A stretch of 32,000 bases of DNA from Candidatus Saccharimonadota bacterium (GTDB lineage Bacteria; Patescibacteriota; Gracilibacteria; UBA1369; 2-02-FULL-48-14), in contig JBAZVE010000001.1 of assembly GCA_041661045.1 (NCBI GenBank), positions 480,001 to 512,000 on the forward strand, in the 5' to 3' direction. Position numbers and translations under genes: made by a program. Within the stretch, counting starts at the first letter, position 1. Every line of letters starts with the position of its first letter. Under the pieces are notes generated by a model. It did not search any database. It had not been told where the DNA came from and saw nothing but the letters and a program-made list of their open reading frames with translations. Shown one piece after another: positions 9,022 to 18,300 of this stretch.

Positions 9022-9259
9022 ATCGTTTTTTGAGATCTTTCATGGAATAAATGTCGGGCTCGTCTTCAAGGAACTGAAAGCTTGTGGACTGAGCGTTCAT
9101 CTCTGTTATTGGGAGTGCTTCGTTGAGGGTGATTCGCGGAACCACGAGCACCTCTTCTTCTTCACGGCGACCGATGGAGATGATGATTTTTTGGTATCTC
9201 ACCTGGCTGACGATTTCGCTCAAATGCTTTCGCGCTTCTGTGGTCGTGTAATGTCTCAT
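9014..9259 (-). CDS. Phd/YefM-like antitoxin
   Basis: 81 aa. The N-terminus YTTTEARKHLSEIVSQVRYQKIIISIGRREEEEVLVV resembles the Phd/YefM fold. The C-terminus is acidic. The position and 8-nt overlap with the toxin gene are typical of a type II TA pair. Confidence 0.65.
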   Translation of the reverse strand: MRHYTTTEARKHLSEIVSQVRYQKIIISIGRREEEEVLVVPRITLNEALPITEMNAQSTSFQFLEDEPDIYSMKDLKKRYV

Positions 9260-9263
9260 GATT

Positions 9264-9300
9264 TATTGTAGGTTGGTACAATTGTAACAATTTGTACAAA
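9264..9300 (-). promoter_or_regulatory. putative TA promoter/operator with two adjacent 10-bp perfect palindromes
   Basis: TACAATTGTA (9277-9286) and TTTGTACAAA (9291-9300) lie immediately upstream of the antitoxin start at 9259. On the minus strand the region reads ...TTGTACAAATTGTTACAATTGTACCAACCTACAATAAATCATG, which contains two TACAAT hexamers. Confidence 0.4.
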
Positions 9301-9305
9301 ATGCG

Positions 9306-9668
9306 TCAATTGTCGCACCCTCCCCAGCGCGGGAACTCTGGATCACCCTGTACTACCCCCTTCAATATTTCGCGGATTCGTTCGATGGACTCTGCAATGG
9401 CGTGTCTTACGGTGTTGGCTTGGGCTCGTAGGTTAGTACAGCCTGGTCGCTGCTCGGCGTCCAAGAACATCTGGAGAACCTGGTTTCCCAGGTCAGTGGC
9501 CCCTCCAACCTCGGCCTTGAGTTGAGCTGCCGTTAAGCTTTCTCCAGACGGAAGACTGAATATGTAATGACTTCCTTCTCTTTGGCAATTCTCTTCAGCT
9601 TTCATTATTTCCTTTATCAATCTGGCTCTGGGGCTCTCGAGTGATTCTTTGGTGTGGGGAATCTCCAT
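9306..9668 (-). CDS. hypothetical protein (120 aa)
   Basis: ORF only. It is co-oriented with and directly upstream of the TA/prfB/def string. I recognise no motif. Confidence 0.45.
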   Translation of the reverse strand: MEIPHTKESLESPRARLIKEIMKAEENCQREGSHYIFSLPSGESLTAAQLKAEVGGATDLGNQVLQMFLDAEQRPGCTNLRAQANTVRHAIAESIERIREILKGVVQGDPEFPRWGGCDN

Positions 9669-9775
9669 AAAAATTTTTTATAGTGCTGCACTTTAGCACC
9701 TGGCCAGTCCTCCGCACAAGCGCTGCCTGCTTCTTAGTGCTGCGCTAGTTGTTTTACCGAAGCTTGCGCATTAGA

Positions 9776-11284
9776 ATGGCGGGGATGTCTACCGCAAAGA
9801 AAATTCTCAGCAATACGGCGATTCAGGTGTTTGGACGGGCTATTATGGCGGGGCTGAGCATTGTGATTTTGAAGATTATTTCGCACTTTTTGAGTGTGGA
9901 GGGGTATGGGCAGTACACGGCGGTTTATGAGTTTTTGGCGTTTTTTGGGGTTGCGGCGGATTTGGGGTTGTTCACGATTGCGGTGCGGGAGATGAGCAAG
10001 GGGGAGCGGGACAAAACCTTTATTGCCAACAATATTTTGGGCATGCGTATGACGCTGGGCGTGGTGATGATGTCCTTGGCGACGGTGGCGGCGTTTCTGA
10101 TTCCGGCCTACCAGGACACTTTTATTCCGGTGGGCGTGGCTGTGGCGTCTTTGTCGGTTTTTCTGGCGATCATGCACGGTACGGTTTCCAGCGTGCTGCA
10201 GGTGGAGCTCCGCATGCAACACGCCACTTGGGGTCTGGTGTTGGGGAAGGCGGTTTCTTTGGCTTGGATGGCGGCGGTGATCTTTTACTTTTTTGCAGAT
10301 GAGCCAAGCCAAGCAGCTTTTAATCAACTGATGATTGCGGGGGTGGTGGGGAATTTGCTTTCGTTTTTATATACTTTTTATTTTGCGCTCAAGGTGCAGC
10401 GGATTCGTCCGCAGTTTACGCGGGAATACTGGAAAGAAGTGGCCATTACGGCGGCCCCGTACGGAACCGCTCTTATTTTAAACATGGTGTATTTTCGCGT
10501 GAGCAGTTTGATGCTTTTATTTATGGAAGGGCCAAAGGAGCTTGGGTACTTGGGGCCTGCCATGCGGATTTTGGAGATTTTGAATGTGATTCCGGTTTAC
10601 TTTATGAACAGTGTTTTGCCGGTGCTCTCCAAGGCGGTGCGGGAAGGGGGCACGAAGGTGGAACGGATTGTGCAGCTGGCGTTTAACTTTTTATTTATGA
10701 CGGGATTTCCCATGGCTGTGGGGCTTTACCTGTTGGCGTATCCCATTATTTTTCTCATCACTCAGCCGGAATTTTTGAGCCAGCTGGATAAGGGGATTTA
10801 TGGGTCCGACTACGCGCTGCGGATTTTGGCGCTGGCCATGTTCTTTTCCTTTTTGAACAGCACCTTTAACTACTCCCTGATTTCGTTGGGGAAGCAAAAC
10901 CACTTGTTGTGGATCAACGGGAGCGCCGCGGCCCTGAACATTGTGGTGAATCTTTACCTTATTCCGCGGCTTGGCTTCCGCGGTGCGGCACTTTCGAGCG
11001 TGGGGGTGGAGCTCTTTATTTTGGCGCTTTCGTATCTGGTGGCGCGAAGGTACATCCATTACCGCTTCGACCTTGTGGGGCTCTTCAAAATTGCGCTCGC
11101 CGGGCTGCTTATGGGCGGCGCCGTATATGCACTCAAAGACCCCACTTACAATCTGTGGGGCCTTCAGAATCTCAATGTTTTGGTGCTCGCCGTGGGCGGC
11201 GCCGCCCTCTACGGCGGCCTCCTTTATCTCTTTGGGGCTATCCCTGAAGAGTTTAAGAAGAAGGCTTCAGAGAAATTGGCTTAG
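9776..11284 (+). CDS. MOP-superfamily flippase (Wzx/polysaccharide-biosynthesis type, possibly lipid II flippase)
   Basis: About 500 aa and highly hydrophobic, with many predicted TM helices. The N-terminus KKILSNTAIQVFGRAIMAGLSIVILKIISHFLSVEGYGQYT is typical of Wzx/MurJ-like proteins. The start is ambiguous (9749, 9776 or 9785). Confidence 0.8.
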   Translation: MAGMSTAKKILSNTAIQVFGRAIMAGLSIVILKIISHFLSVEGYGQYTAVYEFLAFFGVAADLGLFTIAVREMSKGERDKTFIANNILGMRMTLGVVMMSLATVAAFLIPAYQDTFIPVGVAVASLSVFLAIMHGTVSSVLQVELRMQHATWGLVLGKAVSLAWMAAVIFYFFADEPSQAAFNQLMIAGVVGNLLSFLYTFYFALKVQRIRPQFTREYWKEVAITAAPYGTALILNMVYFRVSSLMLLFMEGPKELGYLGPAMRILEILNVIPVYFMNSVLPVLSKAVREGGTKVERIVQLAFNFLFMTGFPMAVGLYLLAYPIIFLITQPEFLSQLDKGIYGSDYALRILALAMFFSFLNSTFNYSLISLGKQNHLLWINGSAAALNIVVNLYLIPRLGFRGAALSSVGVELFILALSYLVARRYIHYRFDLVGLFKIALAGLLMGGAVYALKDPTYNLWGLQNLNVLVLAVGGAALYGGLLYLFGAIPEEFKKKASEKLA

Positions 11285-11291
11285 ATTTGGA

Positions 11292-11882
11292 TTATCTCCT
11301 GTCTTCGCATTCGGATTTGATGTCCTTGGCGCCTAGGCCTACGACTCCGCTCGGTCTTGTATCTTTTCCGGTGTAGGTGGAGCAGGTGGCATTTATTCCC
11401 CTTGCACATTCAGTGAGGATGAAAGCGCCGGCGGCCTGCTCACAGGGGTCCTCCCGGAAAAAGGCTGGGGCCACGACGGCGGCGTCCCCGGGCGCTTCGG
11501 GCTCCTCCCAAAACTTCCACCAGCTGGATTCCGGCGTCCCAATGTCCGTGTAGCCCAGAACCGGCTTCCCGGCCGTACCTACCGCTTCTCGCGCGCAGCG
11601 GAACTCCTGCTCTGAATCGGTGGCAACAAAGCCCATCTCCCGCCCCAGCTGAAGTGCTTGCTCAATTGCGTTTTTTTCTCGATCTGTACACTCGTCGACT
11701 GTTGCACGAGCTTTCCCGGACGGAGTGGTGATATCCACAAAACCGTCCTCATAAAGTTCCTTTGCCCTAACGGCGTTTTCACCTCTCTCCGCTGTCACAT
11801 CGACATGTCCACAGCCTTCGAGGGTAAGGGCGCCGAGCCCCAGTGCCGCCACCGGCAGACCAATTTTTAAGAGATTGTTCAT
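11292..11882 (-). CDS. Cys-containing secreted lipoprotein, unknown function (196 aa)
   Basis: Signal peptide plus lipobox-like MNNLLKIGLPVAALGLGALTLEGC. Several further Cys residues in the mature part suggest disulfides. Confidence 0.6.
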   Translation of the reverse strand: MNNLLKIGLPVAALGLGALTLEGCGHVDVTAERGENAVRAKELYEDGFVDITTPSGKARATVDECTDREKNAIEQALQLGREMGFVATDSEQEFRCAREAVGTAGKPVLGYTDIGTPESSWWKFWEEPEAPGDAAVVAPAFFREDPCEQAAGAFILTECARGINATCSTYTGKDTRPSGVVGLGAKDIKSECEDRR

Positions 11883-11946
11883 GGTATCAATGTTAAGACT
11901 GGGGTTTACTTTAACACTCTTTCATGCAGATGTCAAGGGGCTGCAT

Positions 11947-11976
11947 TTGGACTTTGGGGGGTGGGCTTGCTAGAAT
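11947..11976 (+). promoter_or_regulatory. sigma70-like promoter for rnj
   Basis: TTGGAC (11947-11952), an 18-nt spacer, then TAGAAT (11971-11976). This lies 21 nt upstream of the ATG at 11998. Confidence 0.4.
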
Positions 11977-11997
11977 ATCTCTGTTGAAAAAATCCGA

Positions 11998-13797
11998 ATG
12001 AATAAACTCGACAAATTGTCTGAATGGCTGAAGGATGCCGTACAAGGCGGGACCAAAGCTCCGCTGGTTTCGCATGTGCCAAGCGCTCAAGCTCCTGCGC
12101 CGGCGGTTCTTAAAAAGACTCGCGGTCCTTCGACTCATCCCAAGGTCCTGCGGGCCATCCCCATTGGGGGGCTGGAAGAGGTGGGGAAAAATGCCATGAT
12201 TTTTGAATACGAGCACGACATTGTGGTGGTGGACATGGGTTTTCAGTTCCCCGAAGATGAACTTTTTGGGGTGGATTACATTATTCCGGACATCGAGTAC
12301 TTGGTGCAAAGGAAGGACCGGATCCGCGGCATTTTGATCACTCACGGACATTTGGATCACATTGGGGCGCTGCCGTATGTTTTGCCTGAACTGGGCTTTC
12401 CGACGGTTTACGGGTCTCCGCTCTCTTTGGGCTTGGTGCAGAAACAACTGGAGGAGCACAAGCTGCTCAAACACACTCGTTTTAAGGTGGTGGACAACAA
12501 GCAAAGCTACCAACTGGGCCAAATGCAGGCGGAGTTTTTCCGCGTGAACCACTCCATTCCAGATGCCATGGGGATTTACCTTAAGAGTCCGGCGGGGAAT
12601 ATTGTGCACACGGGCGACTTTAAGTTTGACTTCACTCCTGCCGACGGGCTTGAGGCGGACATTAAAAAGATTGGTGAAATTGGGCGGCGCGGCGTGAATA
12701 TTTTGTTCTCCGACAGCACGGCGGCTTTGAAGCCGGGGCACACGATTTCGGAACGGATGATTGCCGAGGGCTTGGAGCACGCCATTGTCAACGCCAAGGG
12801 CCGCATTGTGATCGCGTCTTTTGCTTCCCTCATCGGTCGTATTCAACAAATTTTGCAGTTTGCCCAACGGCATGGACGAAAAGTGTTTTTGTCCGGGGGA
12901 AGTTTGGAGGCCAACTTTGAGATTGCCAAGAAGCTCGGCTTTTTGAAGTTTGATGACAAACTGGTGCACAGTATTCGCGAGGTGACCCATTACGGGGATC
13001 GCGAAGTTTTGATCCTCAGTACCGGTGGGCAGGGCGAGCCGATGGCCGCGCTCTCCCGCATGGCCACCAATGCCCACGCTCAGGTGAAAATTCATGATGG
13101 AGATACGGTTGTGATGTCTTCTTCTCCCATCCCCGGGAATGAGCGCCAGATCCAGTTTTTGATCGATCGTTTGGCCCGACTCGGGGCCAAGGTGATTCAC
13201 AATCAAATTGCGGATGTGCATGCCTCCGGACACGGCCAGCAGGAGGATTTGAAGCTGATGATGAGCCTTGCGAGGCCCGAACATTTGGTGCCGATCCATG
13301 GGAACTTTTACATGCGCCGTGCTCACGGAGATTTAGCCCCCGCGGTGGGTATCCCTATTGGCAACACCCACATGCTCGACAACGGGAATGTGATTGAAAT
13401 TAAGGATGGCAAGGTGGACTTCAAAAAAGAAGATATTAAGGTGCGTTATGTTGTGGTGGACGGCCTTGGCCGTGGAGACCTGGGGTCTCAGGTTCTTAAA
13501 GAACGGGAAACCATGGCGGAAAATGGCGTTGTGAGCGTTACGGTTAAGATGAGCCATGGACGAGTGCTGGGTTCGCCACTCCTCTTGCTACGAGGGTTTT
13601 TGGCCGGGAAAGATATGGATAAAAGTCTCAAAGAAATGGATAAAAAGGTGCGGGACAGTATTTTAAAACTGCAGAAAAGGAATAAAAATCCTGGCCTCCG
13701 GGACTATGAAAATGTGATCCGGAGTGACTTGGCCGGGTTTGTTGTGCAAAAGTTCAACAAGCGGCCCCTGATTCTCCCTGTCGTGGTCTTTGTGTAA
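11998..13797 (+). CDS. rnj: ribonuclease J
   Basis: Metallo-beta-lactamase motif ITHGHLDHIGALP, the beta-CASP region and a C-terminal domain. The 599-aa length includes a ~45-aa N-terminal extension. Confidence 0.92.
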   Translation: MNKLDKLSEWLKDAVQGGTKAPLVSHVPSAQAPAPAVLKKTRGPSTHPKVLRAIPIGGLEEVGKNAMIFEYEHDIVVVDMGFQFPEDELFGVDYIIPDIEYLVQRKDRIRGILITHGHLDHIGALPYVLPELGFPTVYGSPLSLGLVQKQLEEHKLLKHTRFKVVDNKQSYQLGQMQAEFFRVNHSIPDAMGIYLKSPAGNIVHTGDFKFDFTPADGLEADIKKIGEIGRRGVNILFSDSTAALKPGHTISERMIAEGLEHAIVNAKGRIVIASFASLIGRIQQILQFAQRHGRKVFLSGGSLEANFEIAKKLGFLKFDDKLVHSIREVTHYGDREVLILSTGGQGEPMAALSRMATNAHAQVKIHDGDTVVMSSSPIPGNERQIQFLIDRLARLGAKVIHNQIADVHASGHGQQEDLKLMMSLARPEHLVPIHGNFYMRRAHGDLAPAVGIPIGNTHMLDNGNVIEIKDGKVDFKKEDIKVRYVVVDGLGRGDLGSQVLKERETMAENGVVSVTVKMSHGRVLGSPLLLLRGFLAGKDMDKSLKEMDKKVRDSILKLQKRNKNPGLRDYENVIRSDLAGFVVQKFNKRPLILPVVVFV

Positions 13798-13841
13798 AAG
13801 ACTGTGCAATTGTTCAAAAGTGGTTTGATACCGCTTGAGCG

Positions 13842-13880
13842 GTTTTGAACGAACCGTTGTTCAAAACATTGTTTTTTGCT
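13842..13880 (+). terminator. rho-independent terminator after rnj
   Basis: GTTTTGAAC (13842-13850) pairs with GTTCAAAAC (13859-13867). It is followed by ATTGTTTTTTG. Confidence 0.5.
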
Positions 13881-13938
13881 TGCGGGTTTTGGTTTTTTGT
13901 TTTCGTGTTTTTGTTCTTTTTCTTGTTTTATGCCGAAC

Positions 13939-14169
13939 TTGTCCACTGTTTCCACTCTTTTTACACGAGTTTTGCACAAATTTACTACTTTTGAGGTTAA
14001 AGTTTTGCACTTTCTTGTTTTTTTAACCTCAGGGTTTTTTGTCTAAACGACAAGAAATATGCGTATTGGGCCTTAATTTTGGGTGTTTTGGCAATACCTT
14101 ACTATTTATAACTACAATTTTATATATATTACTTTTGTTTAGAAAATTGCTTATGGACAGAGTGGATAA
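13939..14169. other. candidate replication-origin-like region (DnaA-box-like sites plus AT-rich block) upstream of dnaN
   Basis: Sites compared with TTATCCACA / relaxed TTWTNCACA:
- TTGTCCACT, 13939-13947
- TTTTACACG, 13959-13967
- TTTTGCACA, 13970-13978 (full relaxed match)
- TTTTGCACT, 14003-14011
- TTATGGACA, 14151-14159
- AGTGGATAA, 14161-14169 (reverse complement TTATCCACT, 8/9)
An AT-rich block at 14101-14150 includes TATATATATT. Confidence 0.35.
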
Positions 14170-14203
14170 AATTTGATTGTATGAGTTCGATTTCCCAATC
14201 TAT

Positions 14204-15307
14204 ATGAAACTCACTTGTTCCCAAGCCGACCTTGCTCTTGCTCTTTCTTTGGTGAATAGAGCGGTGAGCCCAAACAACACCCTTCCCGTGCTTAATAATA
14301 TTTTAATTAAAGCGGAGGGGCGAAAACTTTTTCTTTGTGCCACCAATTTGGAAATTGCAATCAGTGCATCTTTTGATGCAGATGTTCAAAACGAAGGAAC
14401 GCTGACTGTTCCTGCGAAAGTTTTTAGTGCGTACGCGAGTTTACTTGAGGAAAATACCGTGGAAATGGGCGTTTTAAATGGAAATACGCTGGTTATTCGT
14501 ACCGATGGATCCGAAAGTAAGATGAAGGGAATCTCGAGCGAAGAATTTCCTTTACTACCCAAACTCGAAAACCCAAAAGTATTTACACTTTTAGTGGAAC
14601 CCCTTAAAGAAGCGATTGAACAGGTTGTTTTCGCAGCATCCACAAATGTTTCTCGGCCCGTACTCACCGGACTTTACTGGAAACTCGAGGCAAAAGTTTT
14701 AAAACTAGTGGCCACAGACAGTTATCGACTGGGTGAAAAAACAGTGGAAGTTCCTGAAAATGACGAAGAACTTTCTTTTATAATCCCCTCAAAGACCGCG
14801 CAAGAACTCTTAAAGATTTTGGAAAGCACGAATGAAAAGAGTTTTGAAGTTCGAATAGGAAAGGGGCAGATTTTATTTAAAGTGGGCGGTGTGGAAATCA
14901 TTTCCAGGTTGATCGACGGTACTTTTCCAGATTATGAGCGAATCATTCCAAAAGAAATTAAAACGGAACTCACACTCTCCAAGGAAGACTTTATTCTAGC
15001 CCTCAAAAAACTTTCCGTGATTGTACGAGAAAACAACAACAATGTTAAAATTCGTACCGAAAAAGATAAATTACTCGTGTTTAGTGATGAAACTCAAGTT
15101 GGACAAGGGGCCTGTGAAATTCCAGTACAGGGTGGGAGCGTAGAAACCGTTGAAACCGCACTCAATGTTCAATACCTCTTGGATGTTTTGGCTCACATAA
15201 AAGATGAAAAAGTTCATTTCAGCTTGAACGACGGACTTTCTCCTGTTATGGTGACGCCTGCCCAAGCGAGCGGGTATTTGCATATCATTATGCCCCTCAA
15301 AATTTAA
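14204..15307 (+). CDS. dnaN: DNA polymerase III beta sliding clamp
   Basis: MKLTCSQADLALALSLVNRAVSPNNTLPVLNNILIKAEG is a canonical DnaN N-terminus, with three-domain length (~367 aa). The ATG at 14204 is preferred over the tracked TTG at 14177. Confidence 0.93.
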   Translation: MKLTCSQADLALALSLVNRAVSPNNTLPVLNNILIKAEGRKLFLCATNLEIAISASFDADVQNEGTLTVPAKVFSAYASLLEENTVEMGVLNGNTLVIRTDGSESKMKGISSEEFPLLPKLENPKVFTLLVEPLKEAIEQVVFAASTNVSRPVLTGLYWKLEAKVLKLVATDSYRLGEKTVEVPENDEELSFIIPSKTAQELLKILESTNEKSFEVRIGKGQILFKVGGVEIISRLIDGTFPDYERIIPKEIKTELTLSKEDFILALKKLSVIVRENNNNVKIRTEKDKLLVFSDETQVGQGACEIPVQGGSVETVETALNVQYLLDVLAHIKDEKVHFSLNDGLSPVMVTPAQASGYLHIIMPLKI

Positions 15308-15310
15308 CGG

Positions 15311-18300
15311 GTGCCAACCTTTTTGAGTCCAGTGAAAGAATGTAGACATTTGATCAAGCTTTTTCCTTCCGGTCAAAACCTGAAGGTCATTGAGCAATTT
15401 AAAGACCAGGGTTATTCCTCACTTTCAGGGAGCGGGAATTATTCCTCAAAGGCTTTTTTAGTTTCGGATGTTTTAAGAGAGCTCAAAGACATCAATAAAG
15501 TGCTTTGGATTTGCAGTGATCAAAACCACAAAGAGAATATTATTCGTGCCCTTTCTTTGTGGAGTGAGGTTCCGGTTTATGACCTTAATCTCGAAGAAAA
15601 TCCAACAAGAAATAGAGAGGTGGAACGGAAGAACAAGGTCAAGAAAATGGAGTTTTTGAGTTTTACTCTTCAAAAAGAGGCGGCCCGATTTTACATCATT
15701 CAATACAAGGACCTTTTCCCCACATACCCCAACCTTAATGAAATAGAGAAAAGCGTTTTAAAACTTTCTCAGCGAGATGAAATCGACAGCATGGACTTTT
15801 TTGAATCTTTGATAGAACTTGGTTATGAGGTTGCCGATGACTCTTTTGTGGAAAAAGGGGAGTATTTTCGGCACGGAGATTTGCTCACCATTTGGCCGGT
15901 GAACAGTGAGCTGCCGCTGCGCATTGAGCTCGCCTTTGATGAGGTGGAGAAAATAACCCTCTTCGACCAGAATAAAAAAGAAGCCATTTCTGAGATTTCT
16001 TCGGTGGAAATTTACCCCATCGACATTCCGGACGGCAGCAGCAAGCTGCTCAGCACTTTTGGACGGGGGTCTTTGGTTTTGGACGACGAAGTGGAATTTC
16101 CGGACAGTGAAACGGAGGCCTTTGAAGCGGCGATGGCGGAAAGGAATTCGGAATCCAGATACATCGAGTTCCGATCCTTTATGGAGGAGACCCCGTACCA
16201 CCACCACCTTCATTATCTTTCGGTTCTTAAATATTATAATCCGCTCGACTTCATCGCCGATCTGCGAGAAAAAATCATGCAAGAGTGGACGGTCTTTTTG
16301 TTCACCAAACATCCCGAGCAGTACCACAAGCTGTTTGAAGAAAAGGGGATAGCGTGCAGGAATTACAGTAATGGAGATTACCGCGGTGGGGCGGAAGTGG
16401 TGCTTTTCCCCATTGGCCAGGAGGATGTTTTCCCCGAGGCTTTTCAAAACCCGGCGCTCAAGCTCACGCTGATTACGGATCGAAATATTGGGAATTTTGT
16501 GGAGACGGAGAAGCGCGCGCCGGAGCGGCAAAAAGTGTACACCGACTTTCTAACCGGACTCAAAACCGGAGATTTTGTGGTGCACAGTGATCATGGAATT
16601 GGGCTGTTTTTGGGCTTGGATAAGCGCACCATTGAGCAAGTGACTCGTGAGTATTTGAAGATTGGCTACGCCGAAAACGACAAGCTTTTTGTGCCGATTG
16701 ATCAGGCGGACAAGGTTTCCAAATTCATCGGGTCCGGAGACCGGCCGCCAAAACTCACACGACTTGGCAGCGCGGAATGGAGTACGCTCCAAAATCGAGT
16801 ACGCAAAGAAACCGAGAAAATCGCACAAGAACTGCTGGAACTTTACGCCGAACGGGAAAGCGCTCGCGGCTTTGTTTTTAGTGGGGACACTCAACGGATG
16901 ATTCAGTTCGAGAAGAATTTTGAGTATGAGGAAACGCCCGGACAGACGCGTGCCATTTTGGATGTGAAGCGAGACATGGAAGGGAAGAAGCCCATGGATC
17001 GACTGGTGTGTGGGGATGTTGGGTTTGGGAAAACGGAAGTTTCTATGCGGGCCGCGTTTAAGGCGGTTGAAGGGGGGAAGCAGGTTGCGGTTTTGGCGCC
17101 GATCACCATTCTTGTGGACCAGCACTACAAAAACTTTAAGAAACGAATGGAGGGATTTGATGTCCGCATCGAGATGTTGAGCCGCTTTCGCTCGCCCGCC
17201 GAACAAAAGAAAATTCTCCGCGCGCTGGAGAAGGGAGAGATTGATATTATTATTGGGACGCATCGATTGCTTCAAGGCGACATCAAATTTAAAGACCTCG
17301 GGCTCGTGATTATTGATGAGGAACAGCGCTTTGGAGTGAAGCAAAAAGAGGCGCTTAAAGACTTGCGCAAGGAGGTGCACATTCTCACGATGACCGCTAC
17401 GCCGATTCCACGAACGCTCAACATTTCTTTGCATGGGCTGAGGGACATTTCCACCATCACCACGCCGCCTCCCGGACGGCTCCCCATTGTTACCGAGGTG
17501 CGGCGGTTTTCACTCGGGCTTATTAAAAGTACGGTGGAAAAAGAAATTGAACGGGGCGGGCAAATTTACTTTTTGCACAACCGCGTGCAAACCATCGATG
17601 ACATGGCCGCTAAGCTGCGATCCTTGCTCCCAAAGGCTCGGATTGTGGTTACGCACGGAAAACTCCGCCCAGACGACCTGGAGCAGCGAATTTTGGCATT
17701 TAAGAATGGGGAGTACGATATTTTAGTGAGCTCCACGATTATTGAAAATGGAATTGACTTGCCCAACGCCAACACCCTCATTGTGAACAGTGCCGAGCGC
17801 TTTGGACTGGCGCAATTGTACCAGCTCCGCGGGCGCGTTGGGCGCAGCCGAAAACAAGCCTACGCGTACTTTTTGTACCACATGAAGCGCCTACCGCTGG
17901 ACGCAAAAAAACGGCTCCGCGCCATTGTGGAGGCCAATGAACTCGGCGCCGGATTCCAAATTGCGATGAAAGATTTGGAGATCCGTGGAGCGGGAGATAT
18001 TTTGGGCGCAAATCAAAGCGGCGCCATTCAGGTGGTGGGAGTTTCGCATTTTATTCGCATGCTCAATCAAGCCGTGGATGACCTCAAGAAGGGACGAAAG
18101 GTCGCCGAAGAAAATGGCATCCCCGAGGTGACCATAGAAATTCCGCTGCCCGCCTATGTGCCGGATGAATACATTGTGAGCTCCAAAGAAAAGATTTCCG
18201 TTTACCAAAAGTTGGCGGGCGCCGATACTTTGGAATACCTCACGGAACTGCGCACGGAGCTTACCGAAGATTATGGAAGAATGCCGGAAGAAGTGGGCAA

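Noticed and set aside
9734-10327. 197-aa His/Arg-rich minus-strand ORF
   Set aside because: It is antisense to the hydrophobic flippase gene, so it is a shadow frame.
11911-13326. 471-aa ORF on the minus strand
   Set aside because: It lies entirely antisense to the well-supported RNase J gene. Its composition is His/Arg/Asn-rich low-complexity, typical of a shadow frame, and it has no motif.
13704-13979. 91-aa Lys-rich minus-strand ORF and 63-aa plus-strand ORF (13835-14026) in the rnj-dnaN spacer
   Set aside because: They are artefacts of the A-free/T-rich tract (poly-Lys and poly-Phe/Leu/Val translations). They have no start context.
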